A DNA stretch of 32,000 bases from Methylorubrum extorquens (lineage in GTDB: Bacteria; Pseudomonadota; Alphaproteobacteria; Rhizobiales; Beijerinckiaceae): assembly GCA_900234795.1 (NCBI GenBank), contig LT962688.1, positions 3,810,001 through 3,842,000 of the forward strand, written 5' to 3'. Shown one piece after another: positions 8,830 through 19,841 of this stretch (its first letter is position 1; each line of letters starts with the position of its first letter). Position numbers and translations under genes: made by a program. The notes beneath the pieces were generated by a model. It saw only the letters and a list, made by a program, of their open reading frames with translations. It was not told where the DNA came from and ran no database searches.

Positions 8830-9725
8830 CGGCCGGCTCCGGCGGGGGCGGGACGGGGCGCACGCGACCGGAACGGGCGGCGCACCAGCGTGGCGGCGAT
8901 GCCGCCGAGCGCGGTGAGCGCGAAGGCGGCCTTGCCGTGATGGACTTTCTCGCTGAGCGGATCGCGGGTCAGCAACCCCTTCGTCAGGACGACGGCGAGG
9001 CGATGGATCGCGGCGATCTCCAGGCTCAAGCGCAGGTCGTCGATCTGGTTCGGCAGCGGCGCCCCCTCGTCCAGCAGCACCAGGGTGCGCTCGGCGAGTT
9101 CGCGGATCACCACGCGCAGTTGCGGGCTCGCCCGGTCGGCGCCCAGCATCGAGACGTCGGCGCCATGCTTCCGCATGACGTCGAGGGGGATGTAGACCCG
9201 GTCGAGATCGCGAAAATCCTTGCCGCAATCCTGAAGGTGGTTGAGCACCTGCAGCGCGGCGCAGATCGCGTCGGAGGTCCGGTAGACCCGCGCCGGATCC
9301 TCGCCGTGCACGTCGAGCAGGAAGCGCCCGACCGGCATGGCCGAGTAGCGGCAATAGTGGATCAGCTCGTCCCAATCCGCGTAGCGCGACTTGCGCGCAT
9401 CCATGCGGAAGGCGTCGAGCAGTTCGAGCGCGTGGGTCGGCGGCTGGCGATGGGCCGCGAGTTCCCGCTTGAGCGGCTCGACCGTGGGGTCGGAGCCGCC
9501 CTTGCCGGTCAGCGCGTCGGCCAGCGCGTCGAGCATCGCGATCTTGCGCTCGGGCGAAAGCCCGGTGTGGTCGGCAACGTCGTCGCCGGCCCGCACGTAA
9601 TTGTAGAAGGCGAGGATCGCGCCGCGGTAGCGCGGGTGGATCAGGTGCGAGGCGACGGGAAAGTTCTCGTCGTGCTGGCCCTTGCCGGTGCGGGCGTCGC
9701 TGGCGGTCTGAAGCGCGGCGCTCAT
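8826..9725 (-). CDS. hpnC: Hydroxysqualene synthase (squalene/phytoene synthase family)
   Basis: ATG 9725 gives MSAALQTASDARTGKGQHDENFPVASHLIHPRYRGAILAFYNYVRAGDDVADH. It is the first SQS-like gene of the pair. ATGA overlaps link it to hpnA upstream and hpnD downstream. Confidence 0.9.
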   Translation of the reverse strand: MSAALQTASDARTGKGQHDENFPVASHLIHPRYRGAILAFYNYVRAGDDVADHTGLSPERKIAMLDALADALTGKGGSDPTVEPLKRELAAHRQPPTHALELLDAFRMDARKSRYADWDELIHYCRYSAMPVGRFLLDVHGEDPARVYRTSDAICAALQVLNHLQDCGKDFRDLDRVYIPLDVMRKHGADVSMLGADRASPQLRVVIRELAERTLVLLDEGAPLPNQIDDLRLSLEIAAIHRLAVVLTKGLLTRDPLSEKVHHGKAAFALTALGGIAATLVRRPFRSRAPRPAPAGAGR

Positions 9726-10765
9726 TTCATGTACCCCGCCTGTCGGAACCACGCGATGGCATCCTCAAGGCCCCGGCGGTAGGGCCGCGCGGAATAGCCG
9801 AGTTCCGCCCGTGCCTTGGCGTCGGAGAAGAACATCCGGTACTTCGACATGCGCACGCCGTCGATGGTGGCGAGCGGCGCCTTGCCGGTCACCCGCGCGA
9901 TCTGCTCGGAGATGAAGGCGATCGGGTAGATCACGGCATAGGGCAGCCGCGTCGTCGGCGCCTTGCGGCCGACGATGGCGGCGATGTCGGCAAGCATGGT
10001 TGCCAGCATCACGTCCTCGCCGCCGAGGATGTAGTGCTCACCGATCCGGCCCTTGCGCAGGGCCAGGAGATGGCCCGCAGCCACGTCGTCGACATGGGCG
10101 AGGTTGAGGCCGGTATCGACGAAGGCCGGAATCTTGCCCTGGGCCGCGTCGAGGATGATGCGGCCGGTCGGCGTTGGCTTCACATCGCGCGGGCCGATCG
10201 GGGTCGAGGGGTTCACGATGACGGCGGGCAGGCCGTCACGAGCCACCATCTCGTCGACCACGCGCTCGGCCACGACCTTGCTGCGCTTGTAGGCGCCGAT
10301 GGCGGTCTCCGGCGTCAGCGGCCGGGTCTCGTCGGCGGGGGTGCCGTCGTCGTGCGGCTTGATGGTCGCAACGCTCGATGTGTAGACGATCCGCTCCACA
10401 CCGGCCTTGAGCGCCTCCTCCATCAGGATGCGCGTGCCGTCGCGGTTGGTGCGGACGATCTCCTCCATGTCCGGCGCCCACAGCCGGTAATCGGCCGCGG
10501 CGTGGACGAGGTAGCGCTGGCCGCGCATGGCGCTCGCCACCGCCGCCCGGTCGCGCATGTCCGCCTCGACGATCTCGACATCGGGCCAGATCAGGTTGGT
10601 GCGGGGCGAGGAGGCGCGCACGGTGATGCGCACGCGGAAGCCGGCCGCGCGGAAGACGTCCACCAGGGCGGCTCCGAGGAAGCCGCTGGCACCGGTGATC
10701 AACACCGGCCCCGCTGGGAACGGGCCGCTTTGGGTCGGCTCTGTCATCGTGCTCGCGTGATTCAC
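9722..10765 (-). CDS. hpnA: Hopanoid-associated NAD-dependent sugar epimerase/dehydratase-family protein
   Basis: Extended-SDR Rossmann motif VLITGASGFLGAALV and catalytic YKRSK. It lies directly upstream of and overlaps hpnC. The start is either GTG 10765 or ATG 10747. Confidence 0.8.
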   Translation of the reverse strand: MNHASTMTEPTQSGPFPAGPVLITGASGFLGAALVDVFRAAGFRVRITVRASSPRTNLIWPDVEIVEADMRDRAAVASAMRGQRYLVHAAADYRLWAPDMEEIVRTNRDGTRILMEEALKAGVERIVYTSSVATIKPHDDGTPADETRPLTPETAIGAYKRSKVVAERVVDEMVARDGLPAVIVNPSTPIGPRDVKPTPTGRIILDAAQGKIPAFVDTGLNLAHVDDVAAGHLLALRKGRIGEHYILGGEDVMLATMLADIAAIVGRKAPTTRLPYAVIYPIAFISEQIARVTGKAPLATIDGVRMSKYRMFFSDAKARAELGYSARPYRRGLEDAIAWFRQAGYMK

Positions 10766-10955
10766 GGGTGGTCTCGCCCATCGGTCCTGGGACCAGCGGG
10801 CAAAGGGAAACGCCGCTCCGTCAACGCACCCGATCCAGGGCCCGACGGCGCGGCGCTTGTCTCACTGATGAGGCGGTGCAGCAAGCACCGCGCTTCTCAA
10901 CCTCAAGCGCAGGACGAGGCGCTCTTCAAGCAATGGCCTTCGAGCACCCGAACCC

Positions 10956-12938
10956 TCAAGCCAGACGCAGGCGCCCGGTCCGGCTGCCCTTCTTCTGGTC
11001 CGGCAGCGCGGCGCGGACGACCTTGAGGATGCCCTCGGCATCGAGCCCGGCCTCGGCGTACATCTTCTCCGGCTTGTCGTGGTCCTGGTAGCTGTCCGGC
11101 AGCGTCAGCGTGCGCACCCGGACCCGGCCGGTATCGAGCACGCCGCGCTCGGCCAGCAGGTGCAGCACCATCGCCCCGAAGCCGCCGACCGAGCCTTCCT
11201 CCACCGTCACCAGAACCTCGTGGCTCATCGCCAGATCGACGATCAGCTCGGCATCCAGCGGCTTGGCAAAGCGCGCATCCGCCACCGTGGCCGCGACACC
11301 TTCCGCCTCGAGCGCGTCGGCCGCCTTCAGCGCCTCCGACAGACGCGTGCCGAGCGAGAGCAGCGCCACCCGCGCCCCCTCCGGACGCCGCACCACGCGG
11401 CCGCGGCCGATCGCCAGCGGCACGCCCGTCTCCGGCAACTCGATGCCGACCCCCTCGCCGCGCGGGTAGCGCAGCGCGATCGGACCCGAGTCGTGCGCGT
11501 GGCAGGTCGCCACCATGTGCACCAGCTCGGCCTCGTCGGCCGCCGCCATCACCGTCATGTTCGGCAGGCAGCAGAGATAGGCCAGATCGAACGCGCCCGC
11601 ATGCGTGGCGCCGTCCGCGCCCACCAGCACCGCCCGGTCGAGGCAGAACCGCACGGCTAAGTTCTGCAGCGCAACGTCATGCACGACCTGATCGTAGGCC
11701 CGCTGCAGGAAGGTCGAGTAGATCGCCACGAACGGCTTGTAGCCCTCGGTCGCCAAGCCCCCGGCAAAGGTCACCGCGTGCTGCTCGGCGATGCCGACGT
11801 CGAAGGTCCGGTCGGGATGCGCCTTGCCGAACAGGTCGATCCCGGTACCGCCGGGCATCGCCGCGGTGATCGCCACCACCTTCGGATCGGCATCGGCCGC
11901 CTTGATCAGGCTCTCGCCGAACACGCGGGTATAGGCCGGGGCGTTGGCCTTGGCCTTGGCCTGCACGCCCGAAACCACGTCGAACTTGACCACGCCGTGG
12001 TAGCGGTCGGCGCTGGCTTCCGCCGGCGCGTAGCCCTTGCCCTTCTGCGTGACGACGTGGAGCAGGATCGGGCCCTGATCCGAGTCGCGCACGTTCTTCA
12101 GAACGGGCAGCAGGTGGTCGAGGTTGTGCCCATCGACCGGGCCGACATAGTGGAAGCCCATCTCCTCGAACATCGTGCCGCCGCCGACGATCAGCGAGCG
12201 GGCATACTCTTCGGCCGCCGCCGCGCGCTGGTAGAGCGCCTTCGGCAGCAGCTTGCCGAGTTGCTTGGCGGTCTCGCGCAGTGAGCGATAGGTGCCGCCG
12301 GAAGCGAGCCGCGCGAGGTAGGCCGACATCGCGCCGACGGGGGGCGCGATCGACATGTCGTTGTCGTTGAGGATGACGATCAGGCGCGAGTGCAGGGCGC
12401 CGGCATTGTTCATGGCCTCGTAGGCCATGCCCGCCGACATCGAGCCGTCGCCGATCACCGCGATCATGTTGCGGCGCTTCGGCGCCGGTCCGCCCTTGGC
12501 CTTGGCGTCCGCCTCTTCGAGGTCGCGCGCCACGGCCATGCCGAGCGCGGCGGAGATCGAGGTGGAGGAGTGGGCCGCACCGAACGGGTCGTACTCGCTC
12601 TCCGAGCGCTTGGTGAAGCCGGAGAGGCCACCGCCCTGGCGCAGCGTGCGGATGCGGTCGCGGCGGCCTGTGAGGATCTTGTGCGGGTAGCACTGGTGAC
12701 CGACGTCCCAGACGATGCGGTCGTCGGGAGTGTCGAAGACGTGGTGGAGCGCCACCGTGAGTTCGACCACGCCGAGACCGGAGCCGAGATGGCCGCCGGT
12801 GATCGACACGGCGTCGATCATCTCGGCGCGCACCGCGTCGGCCACCCGCTGCAGCTCGCTCTCCGGCAGAAGCCGGAGACGATCCGGCGTCTCAAGACCC
12901 TCAAGGATCGTCGTGTCCGCTAGTGCCAAGGCCTTCAC
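10956..12938 (-). CDS. dxs: 1-deoxy-D-xylulose-5-phosphate synthase
   Basis: Thiamine-diphosphate motifs are present: [54 protein letters not shown], and transketolase-like C-terminal domains. The ORF is open to 12986. GTG 12938 ([22 protein letters not shown]) fits the usual Dxs N-terminus better; the start is uncertain by about 16 codons. Confidence 0.93.
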   Translation of the reverse strand: MKALALADTTILEGLETPDRLRLLPESELQRVADAVRAEMIDAVSITGGHLGSGLGVVELTVALHHVFDTPDDRIVWDVGHQCYPHKILTGRRDRIRTLRQGGGLSGFTKRSESEYDPFGAAHSSTSISAALGMAVARDLEEADAKAKGGPAPKRRNMIAVIGDGSMSAGMAYEAMNNAGALHSRLIVILNDNDMSIAPPVGAMSAYLARLASGGTYRSLRETAKQLGKLLPKALYQRAAAAEEYARSLIVGGGTMFEEMGFHYVGPVDGHNLDHLLPVLKNVRDSDQGPILLHVVTQKGKGYAPAEASADRYHGVVKFDVVSGVQAKAKANAPAYTRVFGESLIKAADADPKVVAITAAMPGGTGIDLFGKAHPDRTFDVGIAEQHAVTFAGGLATEGYKPFVAIYSTFLQRAYDQVVHDVALQNLAVRFCLDRAVLVGADGATHAGAFDLAYLCCLPNMTVMAAADEAELVHMVATCHAHDSGPIALRYPRGEGVGIELPETGVPLAIGRGRVVRRPEGARVALLSLGTRLSEALKAADALEAEGVAATVADARFAKPLDAELIVDLAMSHEVLVTVEEGSVGGFGAMVLHLLAERGVLDTGRVRVRTLTLPDSYQDHDKPEKMYAEAGLDAEGILKVVRAALPDQKKGSRTGRLRLA

Positions 12939-13261
12939 CCGTCTCTCAATGCGTTCCCGTCGGCAGGGCAGTTCCTGCAGGGGCACACGTCCGAATTCTC
13001 GAACGCGGCCTGCCTTCGGATTTCGCCCGCCTCCCCGGAAACAGCTTTCCCCGGGACATATGAACGATCATTCTAGCGCAAACCGATCACGGGATACCAT
13101 GATCTTGCTGCAACAGCGGCGCGTCTTTCAGAGGATTCGGCCGCTTCGTCTGCCTTCAGAGTTAAGGCAGCCCAACGATTTCACGCGTGACGCGCCCTCA
13201 ATTATGGATGAAGGCTGCATTGATCAACATCTTGCCCGCTCATCCCCGAGGCCGCCACCCG

Positions 13262-13516
13262 ATGCCTATCGCCGCAACGTTACCGGCCACGGTCGCGCTG
13301 GCGCTCGCCCTGATCGGTGGGAGTGCGGCCTGGGCGGCGGATGCCGGCCGGCCCCGGTCCGGCGCGACACGCTGCCCCGACGACGTCCTCTGCCGCCGCC
13401 CGCCGGGACCGCCGGACCGTGACATCCGCCCGCTGATCGATCCGCTCGGGCGCCCCTGCGGCTTCCGCTGGCGCGAGACGCCGTCCGGCCCCCGCCGCGT
13501 CCGGGTCTGCTACTAG
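13262..13516 (+). CDS. Small secreted protein with four cysteines, function unknown
   Basis: ATG 13262 gives MPIAATLPATVALALALIGGSAAWAADAG, a Sec signal peptide with an AWA-A cleavage motif. The mature part is about 58 aa, Pro/Arg-rich, with 4 Cys. Its stop lies 7 nt before the nuclease start. I recognise no family. Confidence 0.45.
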   Translation: MPIAATLPATVALALALIGGSAAWAADAGRPRSGATRCPDDVLCRRPPGPPDRDIRPLIDPLGRPCGFRWRETPSGPRRVRVCY

Positions 13517-13523
13517 GCCGGCA

Positions 13524-14417
13524 ATGGCGCTGCGTCCGCTCGTTCCGGCCCTTCTCCTTGTCGTTGTCTCGCACGCGGCGGCATCCCAAACCCTGCCGGA
13601 GCCCCAGGCGCTGCCGGAGGCGCCGGCCTGCCGCGCCCTGTTCGCGGACGGCCGGGCGCCGATGCTCACCAACCCGAAACTCGCCGACCGAGCCGTCCCG
13701 CTCTGCTTCGAGGCCTTCGCCGTGCTCCATTCGGGCGTGTCGCGCACGCCGCTCTACGCCGCCGAGCGACTGACGCGCCGGAGCGTGTCCGCCGCCCGAA
13801 GGGTCGAGCGCTCCGACGCCTTCCACGACGAGAACCGCCTGCCCGAGGACGACCGCGCGAGCCTCGCCGACTACCTGCGGAGCGGCTACGACCGCGGCCA
13901 TCTGGCCCCGGCCGGCGACATGCCGAGCGCGGTCGCCCAGGCCGAATCCTTCAGCCTGGCCAACATCGTGCCGCAGAACCGGGCGGTGAACCGCGGCCTG
14001 TGGGCGGCGATCGAGGAGAGCGTGCGCCGGCTCGCCAGCGAGCGCGGCGAGATCTTCGTCGTGACCGGCCCGATCTTCGAGGGCCGCTCGGTCGGCGCGA
14101 TCAAGGGACGGGTGCTGGTGCCGACCCAGATGTTCAAGGCGATCTACGATCCGCGCACCGGCGAGGCCGGGGCCTATCTCGTGCCGAATGCGGCCGGCGC
14201 GGAGTGGCGCGCGGTCTCTCTCGCGACCCTGCGGGAGACGGCGGGGCTCGACGTGTTCCCGGCTTTGCCTGAGGCGAGCAAGGCCAAGGCGATGGCGCTG
14301 CCCGAGCCGCAGGAATTCTCCCGCGGCGGCCCGGAATCCTTCGCCGACTTCCTCAAGCAACTGGCCGTCGATGTCCTGCGCCGGCTCTGGCGCGAGCTGA
14401 TGCGCGCGATCTTCTGA
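13524..14417 (+). CDS. Secreted DNA/RNA non-specific endonuclease (Serratia NucA / EndoG family, beta-beta-alpha-Me)
   Basis: N-terminal signal peptide MALRPLVPALLLVVVSHAAASQ. Catalytic motif SGYDRGHLAPAGDM (DRGH codons 13890-13901), followed by ANIVPQNRAVNRGLW (metal-binding Asn region). Confidence 0.85.
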   Translation: MALRPLVPALLLVVVSHAAASQTLPEPQALPEAPACRALFADGRAPMLTNPKLADRAVPLCFEAFAVLHSGVSRTPLYAAERLTRRSVSAARRVERSDAFHDENRLPEDDRASLADYLRSGYDRGHLAPAGDMPSAVAQAESFSLANIVPQNRAVNRGLWAAIEESVRRLASERGEIFVVTGPIFEGRSVGAIKGRVLVPTQMFKAIYDPRTGEAGAYLVPNAAGAEWRAVSLATLRETAGLDVFPALPEASKAKAMALPEPQEFSRGGPESFADFLKQLAVDVLRRLWRELMRAIF

Positions 14418-14427
14418 GGAACTCCCG

Positions 14428-14706
14428 ATGCCGCGCCGCAAAGCCGATCCCGCCCTCCCCTTCCGCCCCTTCGCGGAGGATGCGGGCGTCCAGACCTTCG
14501 CCGGCTTCTCCATCGAGAACGGCACGCGCCGCATTGCCCTGCATGGCAGCCTCGACCTCACCCGCGACCGAGCGGGTTTGAAGCGTGCGAAGGCGTTGAA
14601 GAGCCTGCTCGATGCGGTGGTCGCCACCCTCGAAGCGGAGGATCTGCCCGATGCCGTGCCCGAGGAGCCGGAGACGGCCGAGCCGGTGCGCAACCCTTTC
14701 GCCTGA
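14428..14706 (+). CDS. Small cytoplasmic protein of unknown function (92 aa) with an acidic Pro/Glu-rich tail
   Basis: ATG 14428 lies 10 nt after the nuclease stop, with a GAGG overlapping that stop. There is no signal peptide. C-terminal tail: [20 protein letters not shown] recognise no family; coding status rests on ORF position and GC3-rich codon pattern. Confidence 0.5.
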   Translation: MPRRKADPALPFRPFAEDAGVQTFAGFSIENGTRRIALHGSLDLTRDRAGLKRAKALKSLLDAVVATLEAEDLPDAVPEEPETAEPVRNPFA

Positions 14707-14941
14707 GGCGCACCGCCCTCATATCAAGACTGGTATCCGACCCTCGCCTGTCCGGCCTTCGCCTTGCCCCTGCCGGGCGGCCCTGATACTCGAACACGAA
14801 ATTCTTCATCCGCGAGCGGACGGCGCCCCGCGCGGCATGGCTCGAGCATCTTGGCTCGACAGAGCCAGCCTCGCGCGAGAGGCCACGCATCCGCGAGCGC
14901 CGGCCCGACCGGCTTCCACGCTTCACGCAGGACGAACGCAC

Positions 14942-16594
14942 ATGGCCCGCGAATTCATCTACCACATGCGGGGTCTGACCAAGACCTATGTCGGGGGCAA
15001 GAAGGTCCTCGAGAACGTCAACCTGTCCTTCTACCCCGATGCCAAGATCGGTGTGCTCGGCATCAACGGCGCCGGCAAGTCGACGCTGCTCAAGATCATG
15101 GCCGGCATCGACAAGGACTGGACCGGCGAGGGCTTCGTCGCGCAGGGCGCGCGCGTCGGCTACCTGCCGCAGGAGCCGCAGCTCGATCCGAACAAGTCGG
15201 TGCGCGAGAACATCATGGAGGGCGTGGCCGAGAAGCAGGCGCTGCTCGACCGCTACAACGAACTCGCGATGAACTATTCCGAGGAGACGGCGGACGAGAT
15301 GACCGCCCTCCAGGACCAGATCGAGGCCCAGAACCTCTGGGAGCTCGATTCCAAGGTCGATCAGGCGATGGAAGCGCTCGGCTGCCCGAGCGACGAGCAG
15401 CCGGTCGCGACCCTCTCGGGCGGCGAGCGCCGCCGCGTCGCGCTGTGCAAGCTGCTGCTGTGGGAGCCGGAACTGCTGCTCCTCGACGAGCCGACCAACC
15501 ACCTCGACGCCGAGACGGTGAACTGGCTGGAGGGCCACCTCAAGCAGTATCCGGGCGCGATCCTGATCGTGACCCACGATCGCTACTTCCTCGACAACGT
15601 TACCGGCTGGATCCTCGAACTCGACCGCGGCCGGGGCATTCCCTACGAGGGCAACTACTCCGCCTGGCTGGTGCAGAAGCAGAAGCGCCTGGAGCAGGAG
15701 GGCCGCGAGGACATGGCCCGCCAGCGCTCGATCGCCCGCGAGCAGGAATGGATTTCGGCCTCGCCCAAGGCGCGGCAGTCGAAGTCGAAGGCGCGTATCA
15801 CCCGCTACGAGGAGTTGGTCGCCAAGCAGAACAACAAGGTCGATGCGGCGGCACAGATCGTCATCCCGATCGACGAGCGGCTCGGGCAGAACGTCATCGA
15901 GTTCGAACACCTCAACAAGGCCTTCGGCGACCGCCTGCTGATCGAGGATCTGTCGTTCAAGCTGCCGCCGGGCGGCATCGTCGGCGTCATCGGCCCGAAC
16001 GGCGCCGGCAAGACCACGCTGTTCAAGATGATCACCGGCCAGGAGAAGCCCGATGGCGGGCGGATCGAGGTCGGCGAGACGGTCAGGCTCGGCTATGTCG
16101 ACCAGTCGCGCGACGCGCTCGATCCCAACGCCACGGTCTGGCAGGAGATCTCGGGCGGCAACGACATCATCTACTTCAACAAGCGCGAGATTAATTCGCG
16201 CGCCTATTGCGCGGCCTTCGCCTTCAAGGGCGGCGACCAGCAGAAGAAGGTCGGCACGCTCTCGGGCGGTGAGCGCAACCGCGTGCATCTGGCCCGCACG
16301 CTCAAGGGCGGCGCCAACGTGCTGCTGCTCGACGAGCCGACCAACGACCTCGACATGGAGACCCTGCGCGCCCTTGAGGACGCGCTGGAGGATTACGCGG
16401 GCTGCGCGGTCATCATCAGCCACGACCGCTGGTTCCTGAACCGCATCGCGACCCACATCCTCGCCTTCGAGGGCGACAGCCATGTCGAGTGGTTCGAGGG
16501 CAACTTCTCGGATTACGAGACGGACAAGAAGCGCCGTCTCGGGATCGAGTCGATCATCCCGAAGAAGCTGAAGTACAAGAAGTTTTCGCGCTGA
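14942..16594 (+). CDS. ettA: Energy-dependent translational throttle protein EttA (ABC-F ATPase)
   Basis: ATG 14942 gives [55 protein letters not shown]. Two NBDs (GINGAGKST / GPNGAGKTT; LSGGERRR / LSGGERNR) with no TM domain. 550 aa. The ORF-track start at 14612 is an unsupported upstream extension. Confidence 0.95.
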   Translation: MAREFIYHMRGLTKTYVGGKKVLENVNLSFYPDAKIGVLGINGAGKSTLLKIMAGIDKDWTGEGFVAQGARVGYLPQEPQLDPNKSVRENIMEGVAEKQALLDRYNELAMNYSEETADEMTALQDQIEAQNLWELDSKVDQAMEALGCPSDEQPVATLSGGERRRVALCKLLLWEPELLLLDEPTNHLDAETVNWLEGHLKQYPGAILIVTHDRYFLDNVTGWILELDRGRGIPYEGNYSAWLVQKQKRLEQEGREDMARQRSIAREQEWISASPKARQSKSKARITRYEELVAKQNNKVDAAAQIVIPIDERLGQNVIEFEHLNKAFGDRLLIEDLSFKLPPGGIVGVIGPNGAGKTTLFKMITGQEKPDGGRIEVGETVRLGYVDQSRDALDPNATVWQEISGGNDIIYFNKREINSRAYCAAFAFKGGDQQKKVGTLSGGERNRVHLARTLKGGANVLLLDEPTNDLDMETLRALEDALEDYAGCAVIISHDRWFLNRIATHILAFEGDSHVEWFEGNFSDYETDKKRRLGIESIIPKKLKYKKFSR

Positions 16595-16610
16595 TCGCCG
16601 GATACGGGTT

Positions 16611-16686
16611 TCCGCCTGATCAGAGCGGAGGCCCGTATCAGCCGAGCCCGTGCGGCACTTGAGCGACAGCCAAATCCGCCATCCCG
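16611..16686. repeat. Intergenic repeat, copy 1 of 2 (family with 25519-25592)
   Basis: tccgcctgatcagagcgga hairpin, then tatcagccgagcccgtgcggcacttgagcgacagccaaatccgccatcccg. The second half aligns to 25519-25592 with only a handful of substitutions. It begins 16 nt after the ettA stop. Confidence 0.6.
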
Positions 16687-16748
16687 AAGGGGGCAAACGG
16701 TTTTGGTATGCGTGTCACTCACACAACTTCCGCTCTCCTCCCCTCCGC

Positions 16749-16853
16749 CTCATCCTGAGGTGCCCGCATCAGCGGGCCTCGAAGGATCCTCCAGATCGCT
16801 CGCGATCCCTGGAAGACCCTTCGAGGCCGCTTCGCGGCACCTCAGGGTGAGGT
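16749..16853. repeat. Long palindromic REP-like element (nested inverted repeats)
   Basis: The outer arms cctcatcctgaggtgcc (about 16749-16765) and ggcacctcagggtgagg (16837-16853) are complementary. The inner arms gcgggcctcgaagg / ccttcgaggccgc are also complementary. The arm sequence is shared with the hairpin at 3754-3802. It lies between the convergent genes ettA and deoB. Confidence 0.65.
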
Positions 16854-16882
16854 GGAGAGATGAGAGGACCGGAGTGAACCTC

Positions 16883-18103
<1,221 letters not shown>

Positions 18104-18106
18104 GGC

Positions 18107-19735
<1,629 letters not shown>

Positions 19736-19841
19736 CGAACCCCGGCGAACGAAAAACGGCCCGCCGCGATCCGGTGTCGGAGCGGCGGGCCAAGGGGTTA
19801 TAGCGCGCGGGGCCGGCCGCGCGAATCGTCTTCGCGTCGCG

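Noticed and set aside
10873-10891. 7-bp hairpin gcggtgc-agcaa-gcaccgc between dxs and hpnA as a dxs terminator
   Set aside because: There is no U-tract on the minus strand after the stem. The evidence is too weak to call, and dxs may well read through into hpnA.
6659-11026. Plus-strand ORFs 6659-8083, 7990-8940, 8937-9782 and 10034-11026, opposite the hpn genes
   Set aside because: They are antisense shadows of hpnE, hpnD, hpnC and hpnA. They are low-complexity, and the minus-strand genes are strongly supported by motifs and operon structure.
13162-13177. TTAA-N7-CAACG upstream of the nuclease unit and dxs as a possible CtrA box
   Set aside because: Only the first half-site matches; the second half has two mismatches to TTAAC. 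It is not comparable to the two perfect boxes at 24759-24828.
13266-14693. 475-aa minus-strand ORF opposite the nuclease unit
   Set aside because: It is antisense to the DRGH nuclease. The translation is Arg/Ala/Gly-rich with no signal peptide or domains.
14807-14899. 12-nt direct repeat catccgcgagcg (14807-14818 and 14888-14899) in the ettA leader
   Set aside because: It is short and GC-rich and could arise by chance in this composition. I could not identify any associated structure or known motif.
14558-16696. 712-aa minus-strand ORF covering the whole ettA locus
   Set aside because: It is antisense to an unmistakable EttA gene. The translation is low-complexity and Arg/Ala/Leu/Asp-rich with no recognisable motif. 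This is a typical long shadow ORF in high-GC DNA.
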